Part shown: one piece after another, positions 29,586 to 39,759 of the stretch | Numbering within the stretch: the stretch's first letter is position 1 | Layout: each line of letters begins with the position of its first letter | NCBI GenBank assembly: GCA_964532425.1 | Contig: CAZHIA010000001.1 | Location: forward strand, 201,481-265,480 | Source of the DNA: an uncultured Candidatus Saccharibacteria bacterium | GTDB taxonomy: Bacteria; Patescibacteriota; Doudnabacteria; UBA920 | Length of the DNA stretch: 64,000 nt | Reading direction: 5' to 3' | Notes under the pieces: model-generated | What the model saw: the letters and a program-made list of their open reading frames with translations, nothing else | Database searches by the model: none | What the model was told of the DNA's origin: nothing | Position numbers and translations under genes: made by a program

Positions 29586-29775
29586 CTGAAGTTTTCTGTC
29601 TCAGAGACTGTCTGAAAAGAGATTTTTATGGCGATAATTCAGATTTTCGAGCGAAAGGCTTGAAGAAAAACGAGGTGTCCCGATGTCCTTCGGGACGGTG
29701 AAGTTTTGATGAAAGCCTTGCAGCCGAAAATCTGAATCTGCAGACAAAAAGAACTTTTCAGACAGTCTCTCATAA
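29586..29775 (-). ncRNA. highly structured ~190-nt 5' leader of the AEC transporter gene (candidate cis-regulatory RNA/riboswitch)
   Basis: Three nested perfect stems: outer 17 bp (agagactgtctgaaaag / cttttcagacagtctct), a middle two-part stem (cagattcagattttcgg / ccgaaaatctgaatctg), and an inner hairpin gtcccga..tcgggac followed by a U-run. An extended -10 TGTATAAT lies just upstream on the minus strand. Confidence 0.45.
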
Positions 29776-29796
29776 TATTATACACTATTTGTTCGA

Positions 29797-29819
29797 CAAA
29801 AAAGCTCCGGAAGCGGAGC
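29797..29819 (-). terminator. rho-independent terminator of 29834..30595
   Basis: Minus-strand ggctccgcttccggagcc hairpin plus tttttt. Confidence 0.8.
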
Positions 29820-29833
29820 CGTAATGCTGGCGG

Positions 29834-30595
29834 CTATTGTTCTTTAATCCCGAGCGCAGCGCTTGAATTGTTGAAATCAAGCTTGATCGCATTTTTAAAA
29901 TATCCAAGCGGGCCAAGGTTAAACGGCGGGTTGGTGGTAGATTTCTCTTGGGGCGCGTAGGCCAGGTACGCAGTGGCCTGGGTGCTGGGTATCCAAAAAC
30001 TTAAGTCAACAATCCTGTCCTCCCTGTACCCTATAGTGTAGCTCGTGAAGTCAATGTCCTGTTGGGCAAACTGCATAGAAGCGGGATCCGGCAAATATAC
30101 CAGTTTGAACAGATCCCCCTGAATGATTGCGTCGCTATTATTAATAACATGCAACCGGATTCCAATAAGCGAATACGAAATGTTGGGGTCAAAGACAGAC
30201 GAGTTGGAGCAGTTCGCTCCGAGCTTAACGAGCCGGGCAACTTCTTTTGGCTGGTTGGCGCTGCAGCTTCCAGCTTTGAGGCCGTCGATCCGGGTTATCG
30301 AAAGGAGTGTAAACGTGGCTTTGGGGTATTGGGTAATATGGAAGGGGATGGCGGCATCCGGGATCTGAGTCACGGTGTAGGGACGGGTTTGCGTGTCCCC
30401 GGCAGTTTGCGCGGCTGTTTGGTGGGTGGCTATCTCCGGGTTGGCGGGTTGGGGTTCGTTCAGGATGTAACGGACCAAAACACCCGTGCCAAGCAGCACA
30501 GCCAAAAGAATCGCTCCCAGCATAGCGGGATGCAAGGCGTGTGTGGACTTGTCTGGTGCTGGAACCGGAAGGCCCGGCGCGTTTTCAGTTCCCAT
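29834..30595 (-). CDS. membrane-anchored extracytoplasmic protein (DUF4352-like beta-sandwich?), hypothetical
   Basis: N-terminal single TM with an exposed body. SD and terminator are present. Confidence 0.5.
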   Translation of the reverse strand: MGTENAPGLPVPAPDKSTHALHPAMLGAILLAVLLGTGVLVRYILNEPQPANPEIATHQTAAQTAGDTQTRPYTVTQIPDAAIPFHITQYPKATFTLLSITRIDGLKAGSCSANQPKEVARLVKLGANCSNSSVFDPNISYSLIGIRLHVINNSDAIIQGDLFKLVYLPDPASMQFAQQDIDFTSYTIGYREDRIVDLSFWIPSTQATAYLAYAPQEKSTTNPPFNLGPLGYFKNAIKLDFNNSSAALGIKEQ

Positions 30596-30723
30596 TTTGT
30601 TTCGAAAGATTGCTTTCTGTCATTATACACAAAAAATCCTTTATATAAAAGCGGTTACCACAAGTCTATAGATTTAAAAAACCCTCCTGAATTTCAGGAG
30701 GGGAAGTCGTCTTGCTCGCGGGC

Positions 30724-31209
30724 TTACCGGCAGCAGATGGCTGCCTGCAGGTCTTCGTCATAGCGGCGATACTTGCAGGCCACGGCTGACTGGCACATGA
30801 GCACGTTCAGCTCGGGCGCGGACCGCTGCATCTGGCATTCCTGCTTGGTCGCTTTGATGCGGCTGACGTGGTCCCGGAGGCGCTCAGCTTCCTTGTCCAT
30901 GTCGATCTCAGGAAAAAGTTCCTGGATCGTCGGTTTCAGGTCAGCTAGGTCCTCGGCCAGGAATGGTACGGTTTCGGCTTCCGCCCATCCGTCTTCGTTG
31001 CGGGCCAGGAGCGTCGTTTCATACGACTCAGGATCGTACTGGACCCGCAGGGAGAAAACTGCCGGGTGGTACACGGCGCCAACCGTCCTGCCTTCGAGAC
31101 TTTTGACAAAGCGTTCGCGATGCAGGTGGATCTTTGCCGGATCGCTCTGGTGCGTGCGACTGCGTTCCTTGCGTTTCCACTTATGCCGCGTGTTTCTTGA
31201 GCGTGACAT
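30724..31209 (-). CDS. hypothetical basic protein
   Basis: Start placed at the internal ATG (MSRSRNTRHKWKRK..), which has a CAGGAGG SD. Confidence 0.4.
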   Translation of the reverse strand: MSRSRNTRHKWKRKERSRTHQSDPAKIHLHRERFVKSLEGRTVGAVYHPAVFSLRVQYDPESYETTLLARNEDGWAEAETVPFLAEDLADLKPTIQELFPEIDMDKEAERLRDHVSRIKATKQECQMQRSAPELNVLMCQSAVACKYRRYDEDLQAAICCR

Positions 31210-31497
31210 CGGGTTCCTCCTGAAATACTTGTTATTATACATTATTTTATCTTGTTTGTCAAGATTTACACCCGTGAGCCCAGAAACACGAATTGCTTAG
31301 GAAATATGGTGGTTTCTGTAACGTGCCGATTTATCGGCCACTGTAAGCCCCCTCAGCCCATCAATGGGCACGCTACAAAACCGATGAAACCCCTAACATT
31401 TTTGAGTTCTTTGATTCAGGTTTGCATAGCCGCTGGGAAAAGTTCCTTGTCATGAGCATCAAACTGCCTCGTCGCACAGACTAATTAATTTTTCTAT

Positions 31498-32664
31498 ATG
31501 CGAGCACTGGTATTTCATGGTTCAAAGAATGTGAGCGTCGAGCGGGTGCCGGATCCCACAATCCTGCAGCCCGCCGACGCTATCTTGAAAGTAACGCTAT
31601 GCGCCATCTGCGGCAGTGATCTTCATTTATACGACGGGTATGTCCCGACCGTGGAGGATGGCGACATATTAGGCCATGAGTTCATGGGCGAGATCGTCGA
31701 AGTCGGCAGCAAGGTCAAAAAGGTTAAGGTGGGCGATCGTGTCGTAGTGCCGTTCAATATCGGCTGCGGCCAGTGTTGGTTCTGTCAGAATGGACTGTGG
31801 TCGCTGTGCGATAACAGTAATCCCAACAAGGAGCTGGCTGCCAAGGTATTCGGTTATTCGCCCTCAGGGCTGTTCGGTTACTCTCATATTTTTGGAGGCA
31901 TTCCCGGTGGGCAGGCCGAGTTCGTGCGCGTGCCGTATGCGGACGTGGGGACCTTCAAGATGCCGGAGCGATTAAGTGATGAACAGGTGTTGTTCTTGGG
32001 TGATATTTTTTCTACCGGATACATGGCGGCCGAGAATGCGAACATTCAGAAAGGGGATACAGTGGCTGTGTGGGGCGCCGGGCCGGTCGGTCAGTTTACC
32101 GTTAAGGCTGCCTTAATGATGGGCGCGGGCAAGGTGATTGCGATCGATCGATTCGCGGAACGCTTGGAGCTGGCCAGGGCTTCCGGGGCTGAGGTTATTA
32201 ATTACGAGATTGACAATGACGTGGTGGGACAGCTGAAAGAAAAGACGGGCGGGCGTGGCCCGGATTCCGTGGTGGATGCGGTCGGCATGGAAGCGCATGG
32301 TATTGTGACCGGCCTGTATGACAAAATCAAGCAATCGGTTATGCTTGAGAGCGACCGGCCGACCGCGCTGCGCGAGGCCATCCAAGGCTGCCGTAAAGGA
32401 GGTACGGTTTCCATTCCCGGAGTCTACGCGGGACTGGTGGACAAAATCCCCATGGGAGCTGCCTTTAACAAAGGATTAACGTTCAAGATGGGACAGACGC
32501 ACACTCACCGGTACGTCGAGCCACTGCTTCAGATGATCGTTGAAGGCAAGATTGATCCCACATTCGTTATTACCCACCGGCTAAACTTGGACGAGGCGCC
32601 GGCCGGGTATAAGATGTTCCGTGACAAGGAAGACGGCTGCATCAAGGTGGTGCTGAGGCCTTAG
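31498..32664 (+). CDS. Zn-dependent medium-chain dehydrogenase (glutathione-independent formaldehyde dehydrogenase-like)
   Basis: Motifs [23 protein letters not shown], a structural-Zn Cys cluster ([15 protein letters not shown]) and a GxGxxG Rossmann motif (GAGPVG). Length 388 aa matches the FdhA-like subfamily. Confidence 0.85.
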   Translation: MRALVFHGSKNVSVERVPDPTILQPADAILKVTLCAICGSDLHLYDGYVPTVEDGDILGHEFMGEIVEVGSKVKKVKVGDRVVVPFNIGCGQCWFCQNGLWSLCDNSNPNKELAAKVFGYSPSGLFGYSHIFGGIPGGQAEFVRVPYADVGTFKMPERLSDEQVLFLGDIFSTGYMAAENANIQKGDTVAVWGAGPVGQFTVKAALMMGAGKVIAIDRFAERLELARASGAEVINYEIDNDVVGQLKEKTGGRGPDSVVDAVGMEAHGIVTGLYDKIKQSVMLESDRPTALREAIQGCRKGGTVSIPGVYAGLVDKIPMGAAFNKGLTFKMGQTHTHRYVEPLLQMIVEGKIDPTFVITHRLNLDEAPAGYKMFRDKEDGCIKVVLRP

Positions 32665-32779
32665 TTTTGGCCTGATCGCGATGTATGGACGTTAGGATAT
32701 AAAAACGCCACGATACCGCATAGTTCGTGGCGGTGATGCCAGGTGAGGCGAGAATATCGCCGGACTTGGGAATGAGTCT

Positions 32780-33163
32780 CTAGTCGCAGCGTGAGATAGA
32801 AAGAAAGTCGCAGGGCTTATAATCCGAGTCCTCAGTTGTTTTGTATACGGGGGTATCTTCAGACACGATTTTGAATTGTTTTTCCTGGTTGCGGATGTCC
32901 TTGAGTGTCGAAAAGTTTTTATGGGTGGCGCGAAAATAGATATGTTGGCATCCTTTTCCAGGTGAATGGAAGATCCCTACAATTCCCTGTGATGGTCCTT
33001 TATACGTTGAGCAGAGGACCCATGTTCCGTGGTATCCCAGAGCTTCCCCTCTGGCGGCGGCAATGCGGTTAGCCTTGTCCTGGGCATCCCTCTGGCCACT
33101 ATTCATAATGAATAAGATGAAGGCCAGAAGCATGCCAATTACGACCATCGTTGAAAAATCCAT
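32780..33163 (-). CDS. small membrane-anchored hypothetical protein
   Basis: N-terminal TM helix. 127 aa. Confidence 0.45.
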   Translation of the reverse strand: MDFSTMVVIGMLLAFILFIMNSGQRDAQDKANRIAAARGEALGYHGTWVLCSTYKGPSQGIVGIFHSPGKGCQHIYFRATHKNFSTLKDIRNQEKQFKIVSEDTPVYKTTEDSDYKPCDFLSISRCD

Positions 33164-33307
33164 ACCTCCTCCTCAGGAGAATTGTATTCCTAAAAACAGA
33201 AAACGAAAAGAGTAGTCACAATGTCCGATTCTTCCTGTCTGGCATTGAAAATTTTAAAAGAAAGACCGCAGTGGAAATTTCCGCCGCGGTTGTTCGTTAT
33301 ACGCAGG

Positions 33308-33733
33308 TCACTTCTTCTTGTTTTTCTTCTTCCCGCTTTTCGATCGCTCGTTCTTCGACGGCGGGAAGACCAGGCAGGTATATTGGCCGGCCTTGAAGTA
33401 AATGCAGTCCTCAGAAATGGCCTCGGCGATCTTGGCTAGCTTTTTAAGAAGCAGGGGAATCTTTTCCTTGCCGAGGAAAGAGACTTCGTACTGGCGGCAC
33501 TCGTCGTACACCACCTGCTTGCCGTCGCTGCGCCAGAATCCGGCGGTCGGCAGGGTGGAGGTGTTGAACGCGCCAAAATGCCTGACCAGGAATTCGTGCA
33601 AGTCGTTTTCGATGGTGGATCCCTTGGCTTTGGTTCTCAACTTGTGTGAAGGGAGCAGGAAGTTGGCCGGACGGCCGAGATCGACCAGACGGTAGGAGCG
33701 TTCGTCTACCAGTTTGGCCCATTTGCTGCGCAT
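33308..33733 (-). CDS. hypothetical protein with Lys-rich tail
   Basis: 141-aa ORF. Confidence 0.45.
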   Translation of the reverse strand: MRSKWAKLVDERSYRLVDLGRPANFLLPSHKLRTKAKGSTIENDLHEFLVRHFGAFNTSTLPTAGFWRSDGKQVVYDECRQYEVSFLGKEKIPLLLKKLAKIAEAISEDCIYFKAGQYTCLVFPPSKNERSKSGKKKNKKK

Positions 33734-33883
33734 GGTGTATTCCTCCTCATGTAGGGTGTTTGCTTACTATACCTCAGTAATTTTGGCTTGTCAAAGCGCA
33801 AAACCAGACAATGCGCACTGTAAGGTACATTCTACCCGCGCGTCCGTATATTCATCTTATTTCCTAAAACAATCCGCACATTT

Positions 33884-34573
33884 ATGGCTACTACGCTGCA
33901 GTCCACAACCAATTCAGTGACGGCTTCGTTCCAGAATTTTTATCAAATTCTGATAAATTTTCTGCCGTCACTCATCGCTGCCATTGTCATCTTTATTATC
34001 GGCTGGATCATTGCCTCGGCCCTGGGATCTGCCGTAACGAGCATAGTCCGCACTATTCATGTTGACCGGCTTGCTGAGCGGTTTGGCCTGACGCAAATGG
34101 GCCAGCGCATTGGCAGGCCTATTTCTATTTCAGGCGTCTTGGGATGGCTGGTGAAGTGGTTTATTTTGGTCATCACCTTCGTAGCCGCGGCTAATGCCTT
34201 GAACTTGCAGCAGGTCAGTAACTTCCTGTATACGCAGGCTATTCCGTACTTCGGCAATGTCGTGCTGGCGGCTATTATTCTGATCATTGGCATCCTCGCT
34301 GCAAATTTCCTGTACGAGATCGTGCGCGACGCGCTCAAAGCCAGCCGCTTTTCCGCAGCAGATACCGTGGCCAGCATTAGCCGTTGGGCCATCCTTATTT
34401 TTTCCGGCATCGCGGCGCTGTCACAGCTGAAGATTGCCACCTTCTTTATGCAATACCTGTTTGTGGCCATTGTCTTCATGATCGCCCTAGCCGGAGGCCT
34501 GGCCTTCGGTCTCGGCGGCCGCGACCAAGCCCGTGACTTGCTCGGCAGCATGCGCAAGCCAAAACAGCCATAA
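33884..34573 (+). CDS. membrane protein with repeated 'conserved TM helix' (MscS-N-terminal-like TM_helix) segments
   Basis: Four TM helices in a repeated IxxAxxIFIIGWIIA pattern. A terminator follows. Confidence 0.55.
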   Translation: MATTLQSTTNSVTASFQNFYQILINFLPSLIAAIVIFIIGWIIASALGSAVTSIVRTIHVDRLAERFGLTQMGQRIGRPISISGVLGWLVKWFILVITFVAAANALNLQQVSNFLYTQAIPYFGNVVLAAIILIIGILAANFLYEIVRDALKASRFSAADTVASISRWAILIFSGIAALSQLKIATFFMQYLFVAIVFMIALAGGLAFGLGGRDQARDLLGSMRKPKQP

Positions 34574-34614
34574 ATAAAAGCGCCGAATAAGTCGGCGCAT
34601 GCGGCTGGTGGCGG

Positions 34615-34917
34615 TCATCGGTATAGCAGAGGTGTAATGAAGGGTATTTTGACTTCCGGGATCCAGATGTTGAACACGCAGAGAGCGATGAAAGTCGAGA
34701 CACAAAAGACTCCGAACGCTTTACTGAATTCCCAGAGCGTTGTTTCTTCTTCTGCCGGCCGGTGCACAAAACAGCTCTTGAACTCTCCCCAGAGCCAGAC
34801 AGGGAAATAGACAATCATGCCGAAACTGACTATGCCTGCCACGAATCCTATGGCGGTGATGATCAGTATGATTAACATGCCGAGCATTCCCAGTAGCAAA
34901 GAGATTAATCCACCCAT
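34615..34917 (-). CDS. small membrane protein, hypothetical
   Basis: Three hydrophobic helices. Terminators flank both sides. Confidence 0.4.
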   Translation of the reverse strand: MGGLISLLLGMLGMLIILIITAIGFVAGIVSFGMIVYFPVWLWGEFKSCFVHRPAEEETTLWEFSKAFGVFCVSTFIALCVFNIWIPEVKIPFITPLLYR

Positions 34918-35183
34918 AGTTCTCCTCCTGCTTGAGACATCTCCAGTATAGCACTGGCGAGACCGGAGTAAAGACCTTGCTGTAAGACGGCTGGTGGGGC
35001 GCAGTGTGTTAATAAAAAAAGCGACGGCGTGCCGTCGCGATTGTGAAGTGATGCTGTTGTCTAAGTGGTCATCTCACGTAGACCGCGTACCACGGAAGGC
35101 CGTCACCGGCATTAGTTGATTCGTTTCTAAATATTAAATCCGCCTGAACCTCTCGGGTCAGGCGGATGTTGGTGTGAGTTCGA

Positions 35184-35396
35184 TCACTTCTTTTCGCTGA
35201 TTTCCCAAACGTAATCCTCCTGGTTCCAACGGGCTTCGGACCGGTCAGGGAATCGGAGGGTGGTTGCATCCATCTTGATGCCCCGGTATTTTTTGACGAG
35301 CACATTGAACGATTCCTGGTCGCGACCTTCGCCTTGCTGGAAATCCAGGGCAAAGTTTATGGCATCAGAGAGCGGCGGAACGGTGTCTTGTGGCAT
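35184..35396 (-). CDS. small hypothetical protein
   Basis: 70-aa ORF with a terminator hairpin downstream at 35140-35170. Confidence 0.35.
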   Translation of the reverse strand: MPQDTVPPLSDAINFALDFQQGEGRDQESFNVLVKKYRGIKMDATTLRFPDRSEARWNQEDYVWEISEKK

Positions 35397-35418
35397 GGCA
35401 TTTGCTCCGGGTATTAGT

Positions 35419-35757
35419 TCAGGCTTGCACAGTTTCCTGTGCGGGCGCTGCTGATGTCATGCGGGCCGGGTTGATCTGGAGCAGGATGCTCGGATGGGCA
35501 ATGCGCCCATTGGAGAGCAGACACCGCGTCCGGTTGAGCCGGTAGAGAGGGGTGCCCGTAGTTGGGCGGATGAAGCCCAATATCTCGAGACGGTACACTG
35601 TCCTGGTCTTTTTGTAGTCTACCGTACTGCCGATGCGGAAATCTCCGCCAAAGCCGTCTGGAACGAAACTCGAGGGTTCCGTATCCAGTCTTTCGTCCGG
35701 TCTCAGCCGCGAAAGCGTTTTTTCGATAATCTGTTCCGATGTGAAATTCAAACTCAT
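35419..35757 (-). CDS. hypothetical protein
   Basis: 112-aa ORF. Confidence 0.4.
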   Translation of the reverse strand: MSLNFTSEQIIEKTLSRLRPDERLDTEPSSFVPDGFGGDFRIGSTVDYKKTRTVYRLEILGFIRPTTGTPLYRLNRTRCLLSNGRIAHPSILLQINPARMTSAAPAQETVQA

Positions 35758-35856
35758 AATTAATTCCTCCTGAACTTTTACTCACTGGTGAGAGACCAGA
35801 AAGTAATCTGGCTATTATACAATCTATAACTAATTATAGCAAGGGGTATTGAAAAT

Positions 35857-35881
35857 CCCCTCCATGGGGACCATGGAGGGG
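35857..35881. repeat. 25-bp perfect palindrome CCCCTCCATGGGGACCATGGAGGGG (copy 1)
   Basis: An identical copy lies at 37808..37832. The two copies bracket the genes 35953..37750. Confidence 0.9.
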
Positions 35882-35952
35882 AAATGAAAACGGCGGCACG
35901 CGCAATGGTGCCGCCGTTTGTTTTGACTTAGTGAATTGTGGTCGCTCGGGGG

Positions 35953-37116
35953 TTAGTCAGGAGAGCCGGCCGAAAGACCGAACTCTTCCAGATGACCGGG
36001 ACGATAGTTGAGCCGGAAGTATCGTTCCTCTTCCCGTTGTGGGGTTTCGCTGATGTAGTCAGGTAATCGCGAGACGATGAACTGCAACACCGGGAAGGTG
36101 CACAACTCGTCATTTACGGTCAGGCCGTTTTCCGCGCAGAATTTCCGCGCGACATCCCTGGCCGCGTCGCCGTAGTCATAGAGTAGCTGTGACCCGAAGC
36201 CTGAGGCAGGCAAGGTATAGTTGTGCCTGCGGTGAGCTTCATCAAGATACATTTCCAGAACAAAGGTGTGCTGGTAGAGGTGGTTGTCGCCGCGGATTTC
36301 CAGCGGACCGTAGCACAGGTGTACGCTGGACTTCCTGCCTTGCACGTTGAGGGGAACTTCGGTGCGGTGCGTTACGGATCGCATCCGGAACCCTTCGCGA
36401 TAGACCCCAACACCTCGCAGCTTCTTCGTCGATGCAATCTCGGTGGCGTTGTCTGCCACTACGATCTTGTCGCCGCCGTTAACCGGTACGTTCGCTTCGG
36501 CTCCGCCTACGGCAATCATCTTACCATTGACGAAACATGACGAGCCCGCCGGGATCTGAAGCTTGAACACTGCCAGTACGTCCGCAACCGAAGGGTTACT
36601 GAGCTGCGCGAACGGAATTTTGTGCTTCCGCCCGGAGGGGTTTTCGGTCACCGTGACCGAATACTTGCCCTTCGTCCCGAATTGGCGCTGGAGCTTGTTG
36701 TACGCTTTGCGATACGGCTCCTCGTAGATTGGATTGTAAGCGTACGCTGTGCGGGTGTCCCGAGGTTGTCCATGAATATATTGGGCACGGCTCGGAGAGC
36801 CAGAGCACACCATCTTGCCGTTCTTATAGACGGGTAGCAGGTGCCGCGCCATCGCAAAGATGGCTGACAGATCGTGTAAGAGGATCATGTCAAACACCGC
36901 AGCGTCATTGTGTGGCGGGCAGGGAAGTCCGCAGCGATCGCAGCACAGGCTATTGCTGGCTGCGCCGCCCCGCGCCATCCGGAGCGCCCTAATCGGGTTC
37001 CGTTCTCCCTGGTAGGAGACGGATGGCTTGCGGCCGCGCGACCTTTGATAGGCGGCGTGCATGATCACGTACTTTTGGCTACCCTGGGGGTAGCAATTCA
37101 CATCACTCTTTTTCAT
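35953..37116 (-). CDS. hypothetical protein (Cys-cluster CCDRCGLPCPPH), unknown function
   Basis: 387-aa ORF flanked by identical palindromes and a terminator. Confidence 0.5.
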   Translation of the reverse strand: MKKSDVNCYPQGSQKYVIMHAAYQRSRGRKPSVSYQGERNPIRALRMARGGAASNSLCCDRCGLPCPPHNDAAVFDMILLHDLSAIFAMARHLLPVYKNGKMVCSGSPSRAQYIHGQPRDTRTAYAYNPIYEEPYRKAYNKLQRQFGTKGKYSVTVTENPSGRKHKIPFAQLSNPSVADVLAVFKLQIPAGSSCFVNGKMIAVGGAEANVPVNGGDKIVVADNATEIASTKKLRGVGVYREGFRMRSVTHRTEVPLNVQGRKSSVHLCYGPLEIRGDNHLYQHTFVLEMYLDEAHRRHNYTLPASGFGSQLLYDYGDAARDVARKFCAENGLTVNDELCTFPVLQFIVSRLPDYISETPQREEERYFRLNYRPGHLEEFGLSAGSPD

Positions 37117-37342
37117 TAGGAATCCTCCTGATTTTTCGAAACATTTCTCAGCCCTTGAAAGTTGCTGAGAGGGGAATGCTCACTTAAAACAATGGGCATT
37201 TCTCTCTCAACTACTGACTCTTAATTATATAGTATTTTAGGCATTTTGTCAAGGATTTTGGCTTAATTATGAGTTATACCCCTATATTTATTGACCAAAT
37301 TCAACTCTTCTGCTATCATTCCCGGTTAACGGAGGAACTTAT

Positions 37343-37750
37343 ATGGTTAAACTGATTGCCATGCTACTGATGGTCGCGGTTGTATTCTCTGCCCTCGTCT
37401 ATGGCTGGGTGCTCATCACGTACGCGCCGGCCAAGCCATTCACGATCTTCGAAAAATGCGGGTTAGTGGTCGGTATTGTCTTTTCCGCGTACCTGTACAC
37501 CGTGTTAGCGGGGTTGGTTCGGTACGGTCCTGCACTCCGTTACAGCTTCATTTCGTTTCTGGTGGTCACGGTGCTGATTGCCTGGAACCCTGTGATCTTG
37601 CATTTAATAGGACGCGGCGCGATTAAAGAGATGCCGACCGTGATCTGGGCAGAGATGTTGCTCCGATTCTTGGTACCATTCCTGACCGCTTGCTTGCTAC
37701 TGCTGAACCGGTACTGCCAGCCGCACCAAGACCCCTTAGGCTCCCGGTGA
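37343..37750 (+). CDS. small polytopic membrane protein, hypothetical
   Basis: Four TM helices with GGAGGAAC SD. A terminator hairpin follows. Confidence 0.45.
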   Translation: MVKLIAMLLMVAVVFSALVYGWVLITYAPAKPFTIFEKCGLVVGIVFSAYLYTVLAGLVRYGPALRYSFISFLVVTVLIAWNPVILHLIGRGAIKEMPTVIWAEMLLRFLVPFLTACLLLLNRYCQPHQDPLGSR

Positions 37751-37807
37751 ACGGAGTTCGCCGAACTATAAAGACCTGAATCACTTCCGGGTCTTCTTTT
37801 TATTAAA

Positions 37808-37832
37808 CCCCTCCATGGGGACCATGGAGGGG
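37808..37832. repeat. 25-bp perfect palindrome CCCCTCCATGGGGACCATGGAGGGG (copy 2)
   Basis: Identical to 35857..35881. It also acts as a terminator for the CDF gene, being followed by a T-run on the minus strand. Confidence 0.9.
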
Positions 37833-37840
37833 TTTTGTCG

Positions 37841-38713
37841 TTAGTGGTCGTGCTTCAATTCTTCAAGGCCGACTTCTATGGTGGCGTGGCCGATGCCGTG
37901 CTGCTCAAGCAAGGTGGACTTGATTCGGTCGACGGTCTGGACTATCTCTTGCTTGGTTTCTTCTTCAAGGAGCACATGGCAGCTTAAGGCAATTTCATGG
38001 GAAGACAGTGACCAAATATGGAGGTCGTTGACGGAGATGACGGAAGGGATGCTGCCAATGGTCAACCTGACTTTGACTGGATCCAAACCTTTGGGCACGC
38101 CTTCCAGAAGAATATGGAGTGCGTCTTTGACCACAGAGACCGCACTTACTATAAGCATGCCCCCAATAATAATGCTGATAATCGGATCGAACACTGTCTT
38201 GCCGGTGAGCATGATCAGGAAGCCGGCTATGAGCGCCCCGACCGAGGCGAGAGTGTCGAACGCCATGTTCAGGTAGGCGCTCTTCATGTTCAGGTCTTTG
38301 GTGCTGTTCCGGAACAGGTAGGCGATGCTGCCGTTGACGAAAATGCCTGCCAGAGCCACGAGCACAATGGCTTTGCCCGCAACCGGGGAGGGCTTTAAAA
38401 TTCTCAGGTACGCTTCGTAAAAAATGAACAGCGCCAGGCCGAGCAGAATGAGGGCGTTGAGTAGGCCGGTCAAAATGCCGGCCCTGCCGTGGCCATAGCT
38501 ATGTTCCGTGTCAGATTTAGTGGCAGAGATCTTATTGCCAAAAAAAGAAATGACCAGGCTCAAGGAATCGGTGAGATTGTGGGCAGCGTCCGATATCAAA
38601 GCCAAGCTGCCGGACATAAACCCGACAACAAATTCAAAAATCGTAAAACCGGTGTTAATAGCTATACCGTACTTGAGTCGTTTGGCAATGGAGCCGTTGT
38701 TTTCGTTGTTCAT
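37841..38713 (-). CDS. cation diffusion facilitator (CzcD/ZitB-like) metal efflux transporter
   Basis: Six TM helices, motifs SLALISDAAHNLTD and HSYGHGR, and a C-terminal cytoplasmic domain. Confidence 0.85.
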   Translation of the reverse strand: MNNENNGSIAKRLKYGIAINTGFTIFEFVVGFMSGSLALISDAAHNLTDSLSLVISFFGNKISATKSDTEHSYGHGRAGILTGLLNALILLGLALFIFYEAYLRILKPSPVAGKAIVLVALAGIFVNGSIAYLFRNSTKDLNMKSAYLNMAFDTLASVGALIAGFLIMLTGKTVFDPIISIIIGGMLIVSAVSVVKDALHILLEGVPKGLDPVKVRLTIGSIPSVISVNDLHIWSLSSHEIALSCHVLLEEETKQEIVQTVDRIKSTLLEQHGIGHATIEVGLEELKHDH

Positions 38714-38997
38714 AAGTAAGAATAATTCTGCTTTATTATAGCAAAAAACCGCCTCAACCCGAAGGTGTGTTGGCGGTTTGTCGATTGCGCAAGTTGCGCG
38801 TTACACGCTGGTAGTCGATTGTGGTGCGTTCACAATTTGGTGCAAGCGGTCTGCGCATGGGTCGCAGAGAAAGACCCAGTGGCGGCCTTTCTTCCAGGTC
38901 TTATCCGTCCGGGTTTCCCATTTGGAGTCATTGTGGTATGGGCAACCGCGCAGGTCTGGCCCGGTACACTTGATGTTCTGCGGCTTAGACATGGGTT

Positions 38998-39564
38998 TCA
39001 ACCGATTCCGATGGATATCGTCGGGTCGAGTGGTCGCACGGGATGTGCTGTGTGCGTGTGTGGTGGTTCTTTGTGCTTGCGCCGAGCCTCGTCCCGGTAG
39101 CAGTAAAACTCGCTGCCGTCGCAAAGGACCGCGACATGGACCAGCTCGCGCCTGCGGGCGAGGTGCATGCAGTGGCGGTAATTCCAGTTCGTGTAAACGA
39201 ACCGGATGCCATCGTTTGGCCTGTTCCAGAACGGTGTGTCTTCCGCACCGTCGAACACGACATAGGCCGCTCCGCCCTTTTCGTTCGGTGTATAAAATTC
39301 GTGGCGGTTGACCTTTGTGCCTGTTCGGGGCCGGGGATAGGGCGGGCGCATCCAGATGCCGCCGATACCCACTATATCGTCGATCGGTCCGCGCTGGTAG
39401 ACGCCGGACAGAGCCCTGAGCTGTTTGGCTTTTTCTTGATCCAACTGGTCGACGTGGATTTCCGGAGGAACCCAGAAATATCCGAACTCGTCCCTGCGGA
39501 CCTGGTCCATTGTAATTCCCGTCAGCTCGGTAAAGAGACGCTCAAACTTTTTGCGCTTTGTCAT
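38998..39564 (-). CDS. hypothetical protein, possibly frameshifted with 38801..39124
   Basis: The 188-aa ORF ends inside an overlapping downstream frame whose product looks protein-like (HWVFLCDPCADRLHQIV). Confidence 0.4.
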   Translation of the reverse strand: MTKRKKFERLFTELTGITMDQVRRDEFGYFWVPPEIHVDQLDQEKAKQLRALSGVYQRGPIDDIVGIGGIWMRPPYPRPRTGTKVNRHEFYTPNEKGGAAYVVFDGAEDTPFWNRPNDGIRFVYTNWNYRHCMHLARRRELVHVAVLCDGSEFYCYRDEARRKHKEPPHTHTAHPVRPLDPTISIGIG

Positions 39565-39759
39565 AAGCCTCCTTGTAAAATGACTTACATTTATAGCAGA
39601 TTTTATCTTGTTTTGTCAATAGTAAAATAAAACCGCACATCCATGTTTGCACAAAGGTGGCCTTTGCGCATGGTATGCTTATTTTCCAAGTCCGTCTTTG
39701 TTCAATAAAAAGAGCGGCACTCCGGACCGAAGTCCGGCAATGCCGCCCAGGTGGCGAAC

